A stretch of 64,000 nt of DNA from NCBI GenBank assembly GCA_045646605.1, contig JAZRLA010000002.1:15940-79939 (forward strand), read 5' to 3'. The translations under genes were made by a program, and so were the position numbers. The notes below the pieces were generated by a model, which worked only from the letters and a program-made list of their open reading frames with translations, was not told where the DNA came from and did no database searches. How positions within the stretch are numbered: the first letter of the stretch is position 1; every line of letters begins with the position of its first letter. The stretch comes from Candidatus Enterousia sp. GTDB lineage: Bacteria > Pseudomonadota > Alphaproteobacteria > Rs-D84. Below are positions 10,570 through 21,600 of this stretch, piece after piece.

Positions 10570-10648
10570 CACCAAGCCAGGGCAAAGCCCTGGCGCAGTC
10601 TCGGCGTAGTCGCGTCACCGCTGTGCGGTGACGGACGAAGACGGATAA
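10570..10648. repeat. 79-bp GC-rich two-hairpin repeat, copy 2
   Basis: Direct repeat of 10021-10099 with one mismatch; preceded by CACTAAC-type motifs. Confidence 0.75.
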
Positions 10649-10719
10649 ATCACAATTTTTTTCTTGCAAATGGGCAAGAATTGGATAGAATTAATAACTG
10701 TCGAATAAAAGGATAGAAA

Positions 10720-10869
10720 ATGGCAACGCCAAGAAGTAAAACAAGTAAAGCACGCAGCGCACAACGTCGTTCACATGATGCATTATCTGTGATGCCGTGT
10801 GGTGTATGCAAAACATGTGGCGAAAAGAAACGTCCACATCATGTTTGCCCGGCTTGCGGTGCAAAATAA
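10720..10869 (+). CDS. rpmF: 50S ribosomal protein L32
   Basis: 49-aa ORF MATPRSKTSKARSAQRRSHDALSVMPCGVCKTCGEKKRPHHVCPACGAK, absent from the ORF track because it is <60 aa. L32 signature RRSHDAL and CxxC…CxxC; located upstream of plsX (rpmF-plsX synteny); GGATAG RBS. Confidence 0.8.
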   Translation: MATPRSKTSKARSAQRRSHDALSVMPCGVCKTCGEKKRPHHVCPACGAK

Positions 10870-10927
10870 TAAAAAATGTATTTTGGATTGGGCGCATTCG
10901 TGTGCCCGTCTGTATTTTTAGTGCGCT

Positions 10928-11995
10928 ATGACCGACGAAACAAAGAAAATTATTGCGATTGATGCGATGGGCGGCGACCGTGGACCGGCCGCGGTCTTGG
11001 GGGGTATAAATCAGTTTTTATACCAACACGGTGAATCACACACTTTTTTCCGTATATTTGGTGATGAAAAATTGTTGCGCAAATTACTTGCAAAATATCC
11101 GCGCGTTGCGCGCAATTCTACGGTAATCGATGCACCCGATATAATCCGTGGCACGGACAAGATTCGCGATGTAATTCGCCATGCGCAAAACACTTCGATG
11201 TATATGGCGATAAAGGATGTGCGCGAAGGACAGTCCGCCGCGGTGGTCAGTTCCGGGAACACCGGTGTTTTGATGTCGCTTTCGAAACTTGCGTTAAAGA
11301 CGGTTGATGGAATTTCGCGGCCGGCGATTACGACAATGTTGCCGTCGGGTGCGGGCGATTCCCGTGTGGTTGTTTTGGATTTGGGTGCAAATGTGCAATG
11401 CGATGCCGGAAACCTGTTTGACTTTGCCATTTTGGGCAGTGTTTATGCCGAAATCATCGGTAAAATGCAACGACCGAAACTGGGCGTTTTAAATATCGGC
11501 GAAGAAGAAACCAAGGGCAACGAAACATTGCAACATGTGAATAAATTGCTGACGACGCATCGCGCGGAATTGCCGTTCGAATACCTTGGGTTTGTAGAAC
11601 CCACGGACATCAGTGCCGGCCGGGTCCAGGTTGTTGTGACCGACGGATTCACCGGCAACATCGTTTTAAAAACTGTCGAAGGCACCGCGAAACTTATCAA
11701 GCGCGTTATTTCCGAAAATATGAAACGTTCGTGGCTTGCGATAATCGGCGCGTTCTTTTTGGTGCATGTGTTCAAACGGTTAAAGCATAAAATTGATCCG
11801 CGTTCTTATGCTGGCGCAACATTTTTGGGATTGAATGGGTTTGTGGTTAAAACGCACGGAAATTCAGATGCGCTGGCCTTCGCAAACGCGATACAATACG
11901 CATCTGAATTTGCCAAGAAAGATTTAAACGATATAATCGGCGGCCGTGTTGCAAACCTTGCCCACATCCGCGCCGAATTGCAATCTGCAGAATAA
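10928..11995 (+). CDS. plsX: Phosphate acyltransferase PlsX
   Basis: 355 aa, PlsX-like throughout (…IAIDAMGGD…, …GFTGNIVLKT…); follows rpmF. Confidence 0.9.
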   Translation: MTDETKKIIAIDAMGGDRGPAAVLGGINQFLYQHGESHTFFRIFGDEKLLRKLLAKYPRVARNSTVIDAPDIIRGTDKIRDVIRHAQNTSMYMAIKDVREGQSAAVVSSGNTGVLMSLSKLALKTVDGISRPAITTMLPSGAGDSRVVVLDLGANVQCDAGNLFDFAILGSVYAEIIGKMQRPKLGVLNIGEEETKGNETLQHVNKLLTTHRAELPFEYLGFVEPTDISAGRVQVVVTDGFTGNIVLKTVEGTAKLIKRVISENMKRSWLAIIGAFFLVHVFKRLKHKIDPRSYAGATFLGLNGFVVKTHGNSDALAFANAIQYASEFAKKDLNDIIGGRVANLAHIRAELQSAE

Positions 11996-12026
11996 TTTTT
12001 AATAAACATAATGTTATAAAAAACAT

Positions 12027-12048
12027 CGTCGGCGATTACTCGCCGACG
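12027..12048. terminator. Hairpin terminator, mainly for the minus-strand gene ending at 12087
   Basis: CGTCGGCG-ATTACT-CGCCGACG, an 8-bp perfect stem with an A-run on the plus side (a U-run for the minus transcript). Confidence 0.45.
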
Positions 12049-12086
12049 TGCTCTCCTTCCTTCCGGAAACCGGAAACTTTTTTGGG

Positions 12087-12425
12087 CTACGCCACCATTG
12101 CGACTGTGTCCATCGATTTACCTTCGTCCGCATCCATAATGCGCTTTGCTTCGGCAAAAACCATTTCTTTGACACGTAATGCCAAATCCCGTGTTTCAAG
12201 GGCTTCGGCGGCGACATCAAAGTTGTCTGTTCGAATTTGCAAAGACACATATGCACCAATCAATGATGGGCGCGGCAAATCTTCAATTGAACGTGGCGAA
12301 TTGTTATGACCGATTTGCAATTCATCGCTAAGCGAAATAATCTGTCGGTCGGCGTTTACCCACACGGTTGTGCTTAACACTTTGTGCAGCGCAATCATGA
12401 TTTCTTTTATATTTTTCTGTTGCAT
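12087..12425 (-). CDS. Hypothetical protein (112 aa)
   Basis: Clean ORF, no recognisable family; A/T homopolymer-rich upstream region. Confidence 0.45.
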   Translation of the reverse strand: MQQKNIKEIMIALHKVLSTTVWVNADRQIISLSDELQIGHNNSPRSIEDLPRPSLIGAYVSLQIRTDNFDVAAEALETRDLALRVKEMVFAEAKRIMDADEGKSMDTVAMVA

Positions 12426-12685
12426 GTGTGTGTCCCTCCTTTCTGGGTGTTTTGTTTGAAATTTAGCCAGATTTTGTATTTACACCGTGTATTTACATTT
12501 TGCCGACTAAAATTTCCAAATTGTTTGTTGTTTTGCCCGAAAATCTGCGGTTTTTGCAAAGTTTCGAACGATTTTCCTCTGGTCCCTTTGTCTATACAGT
12601 GATGATAGAATAAAAACGAATCGCGGGTCAAGTGAAAAAATAAAAAAAATGAAAAAAAAATTAAAAAATTTTTAACCAATTGTAT

Positions 12686-14266
12686 TTAGACAAATTTTTC
12701 CGGAATAATTTTTGCAATCGTCTTAAAAATGCGTCTAAAAATTGTCGTGTCGGGGTCGTGATGATGAATTCGTGGTGTGCTATCGCCACTTCGAAACCCC
12801 ATCCAAGTTGTGCGGTTATCTTCAATTGTTACATGCCACGATGTTTTTGTGTCGTCAATAATCATATTGCGCAGTTTTTCCGCAAATTCCGCACTTTCAA
12901 AGATTGCTACATTTTCGGTGTTGTAATACGCGCTGCGCGGGTCCAGGTTAAAACTGCCTATCCATGAAATTTTATCATCGAACACAATTGTCTTGCTGTG
13001 CATGACGGAAAAACTTGATTGCTTGCGCATGCGGTCGTGCAGTTTTCCGCGCCTATTTTCCGCCGAAGACATAAATTCATACACATCGATTCCATCACGA
13101 ATAAGTTTTCGCCGATATTTTTCCCATTTGCCAAAAACGGTCGGTGCATTTGTTGATGCAAGTGAATTTGTGACAATCGTGACATGAACGCCGGACTTTT
13201 CACCGCGTTGCATCATCTGCATGCCGCCACGCCCGGGAACAAAGTATGCGGCGGACACATAGGCGGATTTTTTTGTCGCATTCCAAAGTTTATTAAGTGT
13301 GCGCATAATTTGCCCCGGCAATCGTTCTTTTCGTGACATCGGCATTTGCACCTTGGTCGGCGCATCGGCCAAGAATTGCCCGTGTCCCCACGAAAAATCA
13401 AAATTCTTGCGCCCATATTCCCGCACAACCAATGAAATAATCGTATTGTATCGTTTAAGGTTTTTTGTTCCCATTTGCTCTTGACGCCGAAATTGCCGAT
13501 TAAGTTTTTGCATCGCATGCGCGGAACATGCCTTTGGAATCACGGCCGCCGGCACCGACAATTCATAGTTCCAATATTCATTAAAACTTTTTGTTGCGTC
13601 ATGCGTGATGTTTCCAATAAATAAAACATCGGTATCGGAAAAATTCGCCGCGGTTTCCGGCATGAAATAATTACTGCCTATATTTCGGCCACCGGTAATC
13701 AGCGCAACATTATCAACAATAAAAAGTTTGTTATGCATGCGCGAATTTAATCGATTAAAATCTAACAGCATTTGCGGATAATACAGTAATCGTGAACGAT
13801 GTTTTACCGCATTAAAAATTTTCACTTCGATATTTGGATGTTGATTAAGTACGATAACATCGGCAATATCGGAATTTGTTCCATAGTCATCAATAAGGAT
13901 TCGCACCTTTACCCCCCTATCGGCGGCGTTTTTAAGTTCGCTAATTAAAACATGTGCGGAAAAATCGTTGCTATATATATATGTCTGTAAATCGATTGTT
14001 TTGGTTGCCATACGTGCAAATGCGGCGCGAATGATAAACGCGGAAAGCCCATCATCAATCAGTGTTGCGCCACTTGTATCTGTGCCATGGGTCAGTTCCT
14101 TTTTGTAAACCTTTGCGATTGGTGTTGTGTTCGGATTGTATTCAAAATCTTGTTCCGTTATCTTTGATTGGTAATTACGCAGCTGTTCGTCTTTCATGCT
14201 GGTTGGAATTGCGCAACCAAAAAAAGAAAACTTTGTCCATGGCAAAATTTTTTTTGTCTTTTTCAT
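12686..14266 (-). CDS. cls: Cardiolipin synthase / phospholipase D family lipoprotein
   Basis: Two HKD motifs (HNKLFIVD…GGRN and HSKTIVFDD…GSFNLDPRS). N-terminal signal with a probable lipobox (FFGCA). Confidence 0.85.
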   Translation of the reverse strand: MKKTKKILPWTKFSFFGCAIPTSMKDEQLRNYQSKITEQDFEYNPNTTPIAKVYKKELTHGTDTSGATLIDDGLSAFIIRAAFARMATKTIDLQTYIYSNDFSAHVLISELKNAADRGVKVRILIDDYGTNSDIADVIVLNQHPNIEVKIFNAVKHRSRLLYYPQMLLDFNRLNSRMHNKLFIVDNVALITGGRNIGSNYFMPETAANFSDTDVLFIGNITHDATKSFNEYWNYELSVPAAVIPKACSAHAMQKLNRQFRRQEQMGTKNLKRYNTIISLVVREYGRKNFDFSWGHGQFLADAPTKVQMPMSRKERLPGQIMRTLNKLWNATKKSAYVSAAYFVPGRGGMQMMQRGEKSGVHVTIVTNSLASTNAPTVFGKWEKYRRKLIRDGIDVYEFMSSAENRRGKLHDRMRKQSSFSVMHSKTIVFDDKISWIGSFNLDPRSAYYNTENVAIFESAEFAEKLRNMIIDDTKTSWHVTIEDNRTTWMGFRSGDSTPRIHHHDPDTTIFRRIFKTIAKIIPEKFV

Positions 14267-14420
14267 GTGTTGATTATATCAATTTGCATTTTTCGTCGCA
14301 AGCTAAAATAGGAAAAGACATAATTCCCAAAAAGTTTTTTTTAGAATGTGTATGCATTTTTCACTTGCCTTAAATTTTGATTAAATGGTAAACTTTCCGT
14401 AAAGGAAGGAAGAATTTACC

Positions 14421-17400
14421 ATGAAACGACTTGCTATATTTATTGGTGGCCTGTTTGTGTTGCCCGCATTTGCTGAGGTTGCGCCCGTTTTCGTTACGGA
14501 TGAAGGCGCACTTGAATATGCGGATTTGATGTACGATGAAAATGGGTTTTTGATAATTCCTGATACAGAAATTGTTGAAGAAACGGACGAAGTGGACGAA
14601 CAAAAATCGCAAACGCCCGTAAAAATTTCGCGTGTGCCAACCGGTGCAACGCCGACCGCGAATCGTTCAACGGCATCGCGTGCGGTGCCTGCGTCGGGCC
14701 GAACGAATAATACATCGGGTCGTGGTTCAAATGCGGGCAATTCATCGCGTGTTGTTTCGGCACGTACGACAACCGCCACGCCGCGTGCAAATGCATCGCG
14801 CACGGTTGCATCACGTGGAACGGTTGCGTCGCCACGTACGGGAACGGCCGCGACGACATCAACGCGTACGACATCGAATACCGCGGCAACAAACGCGGCG
14901 GCGGCACGTGCAACGGGTGGTTCGGCCCGGTCGACCGCAACAACTGGTGCAAATGTTGCACGAACCGGAACAGTTGCGCGGACGGCAACGACGACGCGTG
15001 CGGGAACTGCGCGTGCGGCGACGGCAAAATCATCGACTGTTTCGCGTGCGGCAACAACGGACACATCGCGTCCATCGGTGCGTGGAAATATTGATGTTGG
15101 TGCGGGGGTAAAGGCCGGTGCAACAATCACGGCATCGAACGGAACTGTCACATTAGTGGATTCGAATAGAAGTCTTTATAACGCATCTGCGGTTCGTCGC
15201 GCGCCAACTGTTCGCATGTCTGCGTTAAAGGATACGACTGAATCAACAATAACCATGTCGATGGAGGATATGGATGATTTGGCGGAAATGACCGATTACT
15301 GCAAGGCACAATACGCATCATGTATGGATAATTATTGTAATGTCTTGGACGATAACCAGGGCCGGTGCAGTTGCAGTGCGAATTTAAAGAATTATGCCAA
15401 GGCCGAACAGGCGTTAAAAACCGCAACCGAAGAATTACAGGACGTTGCGCAAAAAATCCAATACATCGGTCTTACCACGCGTGAGGTTGAAACCCTGTTC
15501 ACCCAGACCGAGGCTGAATTGGCAATGCAATCCAAAACGGATACCAGCCAACTTCAGGCGAGTCTTGATAAAATCAAGGACATGATAATCGATGTTAAAA
15601 CCGGCAACACGACCAGCAGTGGCAACACCGACCTTTTTGGTCTGAATTTTGATTTGTCGGGCCTTTTGGAATTTTCGTTCGACAGTACTGGTTTTGACCT
15701 TGGGTCGCTTTTTGGTATGTCCAACACGAACAGTGTTAGCAACCAACGCGGCGAAGAACTGTTCAAAACCGCAACGGCGCGTTGCAAAACATCGGTGTTA
15801 AAGGCATGCACGGCGCGTGGTGTTGATGCGTCACTTGTCACAAACGCATACGATTTGGAAATTGATCGTGAATGCATCGCGTACGAGCGCAGTTTGAATG
15901 ATTCCAACGACCAAATGATTGCGACGGTTCGTAATGCAAAGAACGTTTTGCAAAAGGCGCGCCTTATGGTTGCGCAACAGAAAAACGCCTATGACCTGCG
16001 CGGATGTATCAACGCCCTGGACGAATGTATGCAGGATGAATTTGTCTGCGGTTCGGAATATGAAAATTGCCTTGACCCGACGGGCCGTTATATCGTGAAC
16101 GGTGAAATCGTGGTGGGCAGTCAACCCGGCCACGCCATTGACCCAGATTTACCGCAAAATGTCGCAAGTGTGATGACCAGTGACGTTTGCCGCGTGAACC
16201 TGTATCGGACATGGGACGTTGAACCCGGTGTATGCACACCGCACACCGTGGATGATGCATACAGCACATATGTTCAATATCCAACCGCGGACCAAGGCAA
16301 CGCCTGGGGCAGTGGTAATGAAAACGACAACCTTGTATATTATATTGAACAAACGGTAAAAACCGGCGCCGCGCACACGGCAAGTGAAAATATGTCGAAA
16401 TACTTGCAAAACAAAATCGGCTATATCGACAAAAAGGACGGCCGCGCGCACGGTATGTGCATATCGGTCCTTAACAAATGCCAAGATTATAGTTACGATG
16501 GCAAGGGCACATCCGCCAGTTACAAGGAAGACAACGACGTCATCAAACAATACCTTGGGCGCGTTTTGGTCCAGATCAAGGCGAAACAGGATGAAATCCT
16601 TGCAAACTATGCCGAAACATGTGTAACGGACGTCACATCGTGCCTGTCACAGAACGGGTACCCGACCGAGGATCCAACGGAATGGGGCGACGGCGACCCA
16701 AACTCACTTGAATACACGCAAAACATTGTAAAACAAAACATTGCGGTAAACGCCTGCCGGGCGCAGGTTGTAACCTGTATGTCCGTGAACGGCTATTCAA
16801 TCAGCACCCCAACCCCAACGGAAATGAATTGCTGGGTCCAAGGTTTGCTGTATAACTACACAACCGAAGATTGCATGTTTGAAACCAACACCACACATTC
16901 GTGCAGTTCTAGTACGCCTGGGTGGTGTTATAATAAGACCGCCTGTGAGGATGTCGGTGCCAACTGGTGCGGCAGTTCATGTCAACAACAGGAATGTTCC
17001 TGTTCGACACAAAACCCGGGCTCTTGCACCGAAACGGAATGCAAGGCAAAGACCGGCTTGTTCTGGTGCACGAATAATGGCGGTTCTTGTATGACCAGTA
17101 ATTCGCAATGCAGATATACTGTGAACATTGCGTGTGGAAGTGGTTCGACCGCTGCAAGTAGCAACCCCACCAGTAGCAACGTAATGCACGGCAATTCTGT
17201 GCAACTAAATAATGCATGGTGTAATGCAAGCAGCGATTACACATTTATTGGGTGGACTTGTACTGGTGGTTCGGTTGATAGCAGTGGAAAGTATTACCCA
17301 ACACACACTGGAACCACATGTACAGCAAACTTTAGATATGTATCCCCCGACACACCAAAATATTCCGTAACCCTTAACTGTGGCAATTCTTGTACCTATA

Positions 17401-18578
17401 ATTCGCGTGGATATAGTGGTACTTCGTTACCTCAGGGTACATCGCTTACTGTTCCAACTTGCAACAATGCTGTAAACGAGACGGTAGAATGGTCCTGTCA
17501 ATCGGATTCTACAATCACTGCTGGTCAGATTAATGGTGGAAATAGCCTATCTGTAACCGGGAAAGTCAACTGTACCGCACAATGTTCAACCCCTGGTACT
17601 GGCGATGAAATTAGTGTATGCATCGATTGTGGAATTAACACTTTTGTGAGCGACAAGATTAACACTATATCTGTTGGCTCCAAAGCATCCGCCTCGTTGC
17701 CATATACAGAAACTAGTAGTTCGGTTACTTTGTCATCATTTACATCTGGTGATGGGATTGAATTTGATAAAGGAATATGCAAATGCAGTGATGGTAGCAG
17801 CCCAACGGGATGGTGGGCAAACGACAGTACCCAAGGCATATCGGTGGGTAGTGACGGTAAGATTACAATGTCAAATATAACCGCAGACACAACCTTTACC
17901 CCAATATGCTCCACCGGCACCACGGACGGCACCACAATTGTGCAGATTTCATGCCCCGCCTCTTCTTGGGCAACACTTAACACTAATTTCTTCAGCAATT
18001 ATCCTGGAGATATAATAGCAGGCAATGTATATAAACAAGAAAACGTGACATCTTCAACGTTCGCGTTGGATAAGGATATGTGCGCTTGTAAGTCAGGGGA
18101 TACTATTAAAAATTGGATAAATAGTAACGGTGGTTTAGTCGGGGGTGTTAGCGGTGATTATGGCACGACAAATGCTATCTTAAAAACAGGCCAACTCAAT
18201 ACATTTATGCCGTATTGTCCGTCGGATTGGGTAACGTTGAATTTGAACTATAACAACGGTTCAACATCGCAAGGGCATCTTTACATTGATAGAAATCGTA
18301 CATGTCCAAATTTCTATACAAGTAATAGCATAACCCAATTACAATATTGCCCGTCTATAGTTCCCGACAGCAAAATCACCGTTCCAACCAAAGATAATTG
18401 CACGTTTGGTGGGTTCAAGGATAGCAGTAACAATACGTGGATAAATACCGAAGGTAAAATACAATTATCTGTTCTAAACTATGCTATTCCATCGACGGGC
18501 AACAGTATAACATTAACCGCACAGTGGGATTGCGGGTCCAGGCCGGTTTATATCCCCGTTGACGTTGAAGGTGACTAA
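14421..18578 (+). CDS. Giant secreted Cys-rich surface protein (1385 aa)
   Basis: Signal peptide MKRLAIFIGGLFVLPAFA. A ~180-aa Arg/Thr/Ala/Ser low-complexity tract, then an acidic segment, then a long Cys/Asn/Thr/Gly-rich region. AAGGAAGG RBS. Confidence 0.8.
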   Translation: MKRLAIFIGGLFVLPAFAEVAPVFVTDEGALEYADLMYDENGFLIIPDTEIVEETDEVDEQKSQTPVKISRVPTGATPTANRSTASRAVPASGRTNNTSGRGSNAGNSSRVVSARTTTATPRANASRTVASRGTVASPRTGTAATTSTRTTSNTAATNAAAARATGGSARSTATTGANVARTGTVARTATTTRAGTARAATAKSSTVSRAATTDTSRPSVRGNIDVGAGVKAGATITASNGTVTLVDSNRSLYNASAVRRAPTVRMSALKDTTESTITMSMEDMDDLAEMTDYCKAQYASCMDNYCNVLDDNQGRCSCSANLKNYAKAEQALKTATEELQDVAQKIQYIGLTTREVETLFTQTEAELAMQSKTDTSQLQASLDKIKDMIIDVKTGNTTSSGNTDLFGLNFDLSGLLEFSFDSTGFDLGSLFGMSNTNSVSNQRGEELFKTATARCKTSVLKACTARGVDASLVTNAYDLEIDRECIAYERSLNDSNDQMIATVRNAKNVLQKARLMVAQQKNAYDLRGCINALDECMQDEFVCGSEYENCLDPTGRYIVNGEIVVGSQPGHAIDPDLPQNVASVMTSDVCRVNLYRTWDVEPGVCTPHTVDDAYSTYVQYPTADQGNAWGSGNENDNLVYYIEQTVKTGAAHTASENMSKYLQNKIGYIDKKDGRAHGMCISVLNKCQDYSYDGKGTSASYKEDNDVIKQYLGRVLVQIKAKQDEILANYAETCVTDVTSCLSQNGYPTEDPTEWGDGDPNSLEYTQNIVKQNIAVNACRAQVVTCMSVNGYSISTPTPTEMNCWVQGLLYNYTTEDCMFETNTTHSCSSSTPGWCYNKTACEDVGANWCGSSCQQQECSCSTQNPGSCTETECKAKTGLFWCTNNGGSCMTSNSQCRYTVNIACGSGSTAASSNPTSSNVMHGNSVQLNNAWCNASSDYTFIGWTCTGGSVDSSGKYYPTHTGTTCTANFRYVSPDTPKYSVTLNCGNSCTYNSRGYSGTSLPQGTSLTVPTCNNAVNETVEWSCQSDSTITAGQINGGNSLSVTGKVNCTAQCSTPGTGDEISVCIDCGINTFVSDKINTISVGSKASASLPYTETSSSVTLSSFTSGDGIEFDKGICKCSDGSSPTGWWANDSTQGISVGSDGKITMSNITADTTFTPICSTGTTDGTTIVQISCPASSWATLNTNFFSNYPGDIIAGNVYKQENVTSSTFALDKDMCACKSGDTIKNWINSNGGLVGGVSGDYGTTNAILKTGQLNTFMPYCPSDWVTLNLNYNNGSTSQGHLYIDRNRTCPNFYTSNSITQLQYCPSIVPDSKITVPTKDNCTFGGFKDSSNNTWINTEGKIQLSVLNYAIPSTGNSITLTAQWDCGSRPVYIPVDVEGD

Positions 18579-18600
18579 AATTTTATAAACCTAAGGAAAC

Positions 18601-21600
18601 ATGAACATGAAAAAGACTTTTATTTATTCAATCTGTGGATGTTTTGTAACCGGTGTGGCGACCGCGACCACATATTGGCTAAACATTATTCCAAATACAT
18701 GTACGGGGCACACAATATGCCTTACCCAGCCCACGGATGGTTCATGTTGTTCCGCAAACGATACCATTGAAAAATTTCCTGTTGCCTCTGGATCCAAAGG
18801 CGGCACCATTTCCCTGGGGTCCCGCAATATTGCAATATTTGATGCGACCGGTACGCCAACAACGTTTACCAACGAAAATATTCGTAATTCATTGATAAAC
18901 GCCACATCAAATGGAAGTCACCTTAGTGTTACAAAAATTCCCGCGGACACAACATTGGTATCCGTCACGGTTAATATGCAGGGCGGTTCATTACCCCTTG
19001 GGTTTACGGGTAACACGATGGCGATGGAACCGGGCGATGTAATCCTGTCTGCGGGCGTTACGCGTGCCGATGGTGCCAATTTGGCCGGATTTTATAAATC
19101 GGGTCAATCGCCGTCCACCGCAACATCAATTATAACCGTTGATAGCACACCAAGCCAAACATATATCGCAAAGTGGGAATGTGGCGAAGGTTTGGAAATG
19201 AATTCAAAGGGAACATGTATAAGTTCGAATACCGTTTATATGAAATCGGATGGTACGGTAATGGACCCCAATGAAATCGATATTAAATCCGGCGGTTCCA
19301 ATGGTTGCACTTTGTTGACCAAGGGCAAGGTTCATTTGTACGATTATAACCCAACTGCCCCCGATGATTTAAAGAATAATATGTATTATTATATGTATCG
19401 TGATGGTCCCAATGGTTCCTATGATAATAATATAATATATCGGCCATATTCGGACAGTGATCATAATCCATATATGGGAACTATTGTTACGTTAAACAAT
19501 ATATCCCAGGTTCAAAACTACAATTATTTACATACCGGAAGTCCGAACAATGGTGTAACACTGTATTGTCGTAGTAATGGATGCTGGTGGTCCGAACAGG
19601 GTGCCGAGTTACCCATGGTGGTATATCACACCAGTTCACAAAATGATTGTACGTGGTGCGGGTCCGATTGTACAATGTATACATATCCAAATAACGGCCA
19701 AACAATCTACTATTGGCAATGCCCTTGCATAAAGGCCTATGACGTCCCGGGCGAGGGCGAATGCGTCCCCGCATATCTTGGATGTACATATTTACCCCAG
19801 GTAACAGAAGATGGAACCACAGAAATGGTATGTGTACCACAAGGACAATATTCGGCCGCACATACCGAAGATTTAGTATGGGGATTACGTCAGCCAAAGG
19901 CAATCGGGTGGACTTTCCGCGGCTATTATCTTTCAAATACTGATGCAGACCTGTATACAACCGAAAATACAAATGTGGGCGCACCCGTAAATGGTTTCGG
20001 CACAGGAAACCCGAACAATCGGGAAAAAGTAATAAACATTACATCTCCAATCGCTGTATGTGGTACAAGTGGGCAAACGGCATATGAAATCACTCTTTAT
20101 GGTGCGTGGGCCAAAAACTGTAATCCTAGCGATCATGCGACATGTAATATGTCAATTAATGGCGTGGGCGCAAGTCCGTCATCTTATGGAACCGGCGACG
20201 TGTATTACAGCGCGTCATGCCAAAACGGGTACAATATAGAAAGCGGATCCGGAACGTATAATCCGGTGTGCAGTACGGATGTATCGGGTTCTGTGGACCT
20301 TAATTACAAATTTATAAATCAATACGGAAATTATATCAAGAAAAACAACAGCATGTACACTGTTGAGAACAGCTGTTCGTACGGGCAAGGATACACACTT
20401 TTAAGTGCGACCAGTTTCACCAACGCCCTTGGCACCGGGTATAGTTTGCGTTATTTAAAGATTGGTACTGGCAGTAATGGTTCATATTTTACCCAAAATT
20501 ATGGCCTTGGCTGTAGTACAAACGTGTTTGGCGCCGATGTAAATTCGGTCGATGTTACCGGGTACGTTTGCGACGAATGTGTGCCAGAGAACGGAACCTG
20601 TGTTGATGTCGATTACAGCCCATCTATACAATATCCCACCAGTGGTTCCGCACATCAAACCGCCACGTTGTGGGGTGCAAACACTAATAAAGGCTATACG
20701 GCATGCAAGAAATTAAGTTGTGCAGAGGGATACACCCTGCGGCAAAATGAAGCCACCGGTCACATGTATTGTGCACAAGAATGTGAACCCGGTAAAACGT
20801 TTCTTGATGGTGAATGTCGTACACCTTATGAGGCTTGCATATATAATTGTCAGCAAAACCAAGACCCGTCTAAGTGCGGCAGCAATTTAACAGATTTTTC
20901 AAGCTATTGCAGCACCGAAACATTTGTGTGTCCACCTTTAAACGCTCCAACGGGTCTTAGTATTACAAATGTGGCCAAGACAAACAGCCCCAAAGAATGC
21001 AAATATACGGTTGATTGCGCCAATGGTATCGGTACAGTATACGAAGGGGGACAGATGATCCATACCCAAGATAATGAGCTACATATATGGACAAGCAATA
21101 CTACGTCTGATTATATCCATTATAATGATGATGGCTCGGTTACGGTTACCTGTACTGATACAGACTGCAAACAAGAAAAGCTGAGTAATTTAAAGTGTCT
21201 GATTTGTCCGGCTTATAACGGGTCAGATACTACTGTAACTGTTCATAACCCGACGCGGAGCGATAAAAATCGCACCTGTTCATATAACATTAGCTGTAAA
21301 GCTACAGTGGTCCCAAGAATATTATTGAAAAAACGCGCAAGAAATGATAGCTGTTATGTGTGGAATGAGACTGATGAACCCAACTACTGTGCAATCGACA
21401 ATATTGACGCTGATTCTACGGATACTTTTACACCGACGGATACGGTTACATGCACGGCCAACCAATGTACGGCCGGTTATATGAGCACTCCTTACCACTT
21501 CTTGTCCACCGAATTTGCGAAATATAAATGTATACATACCAGCGCCTTCAGTTGCCCAACAATTAGTGGAAACAGCGGGGTAGCCGTCACAAAACGGCTA

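Noticed and set aside
10691-10897. 68-aa minus-strand ORF
   Set aside because: Antisense to rpmF (L32), which sits on the plus strand at 10720..10869.
14381-15151. Minus-strand ORFs 14381..15151 and 14494..15126, and plus-strand ORF 14632..15111
   Set aside because: They lie within the GC-rich Arg/Thr/Ala codon-repeat tract of giant protein 1. They are low-complexity translations (poly-R/H/P/V) with no start context.
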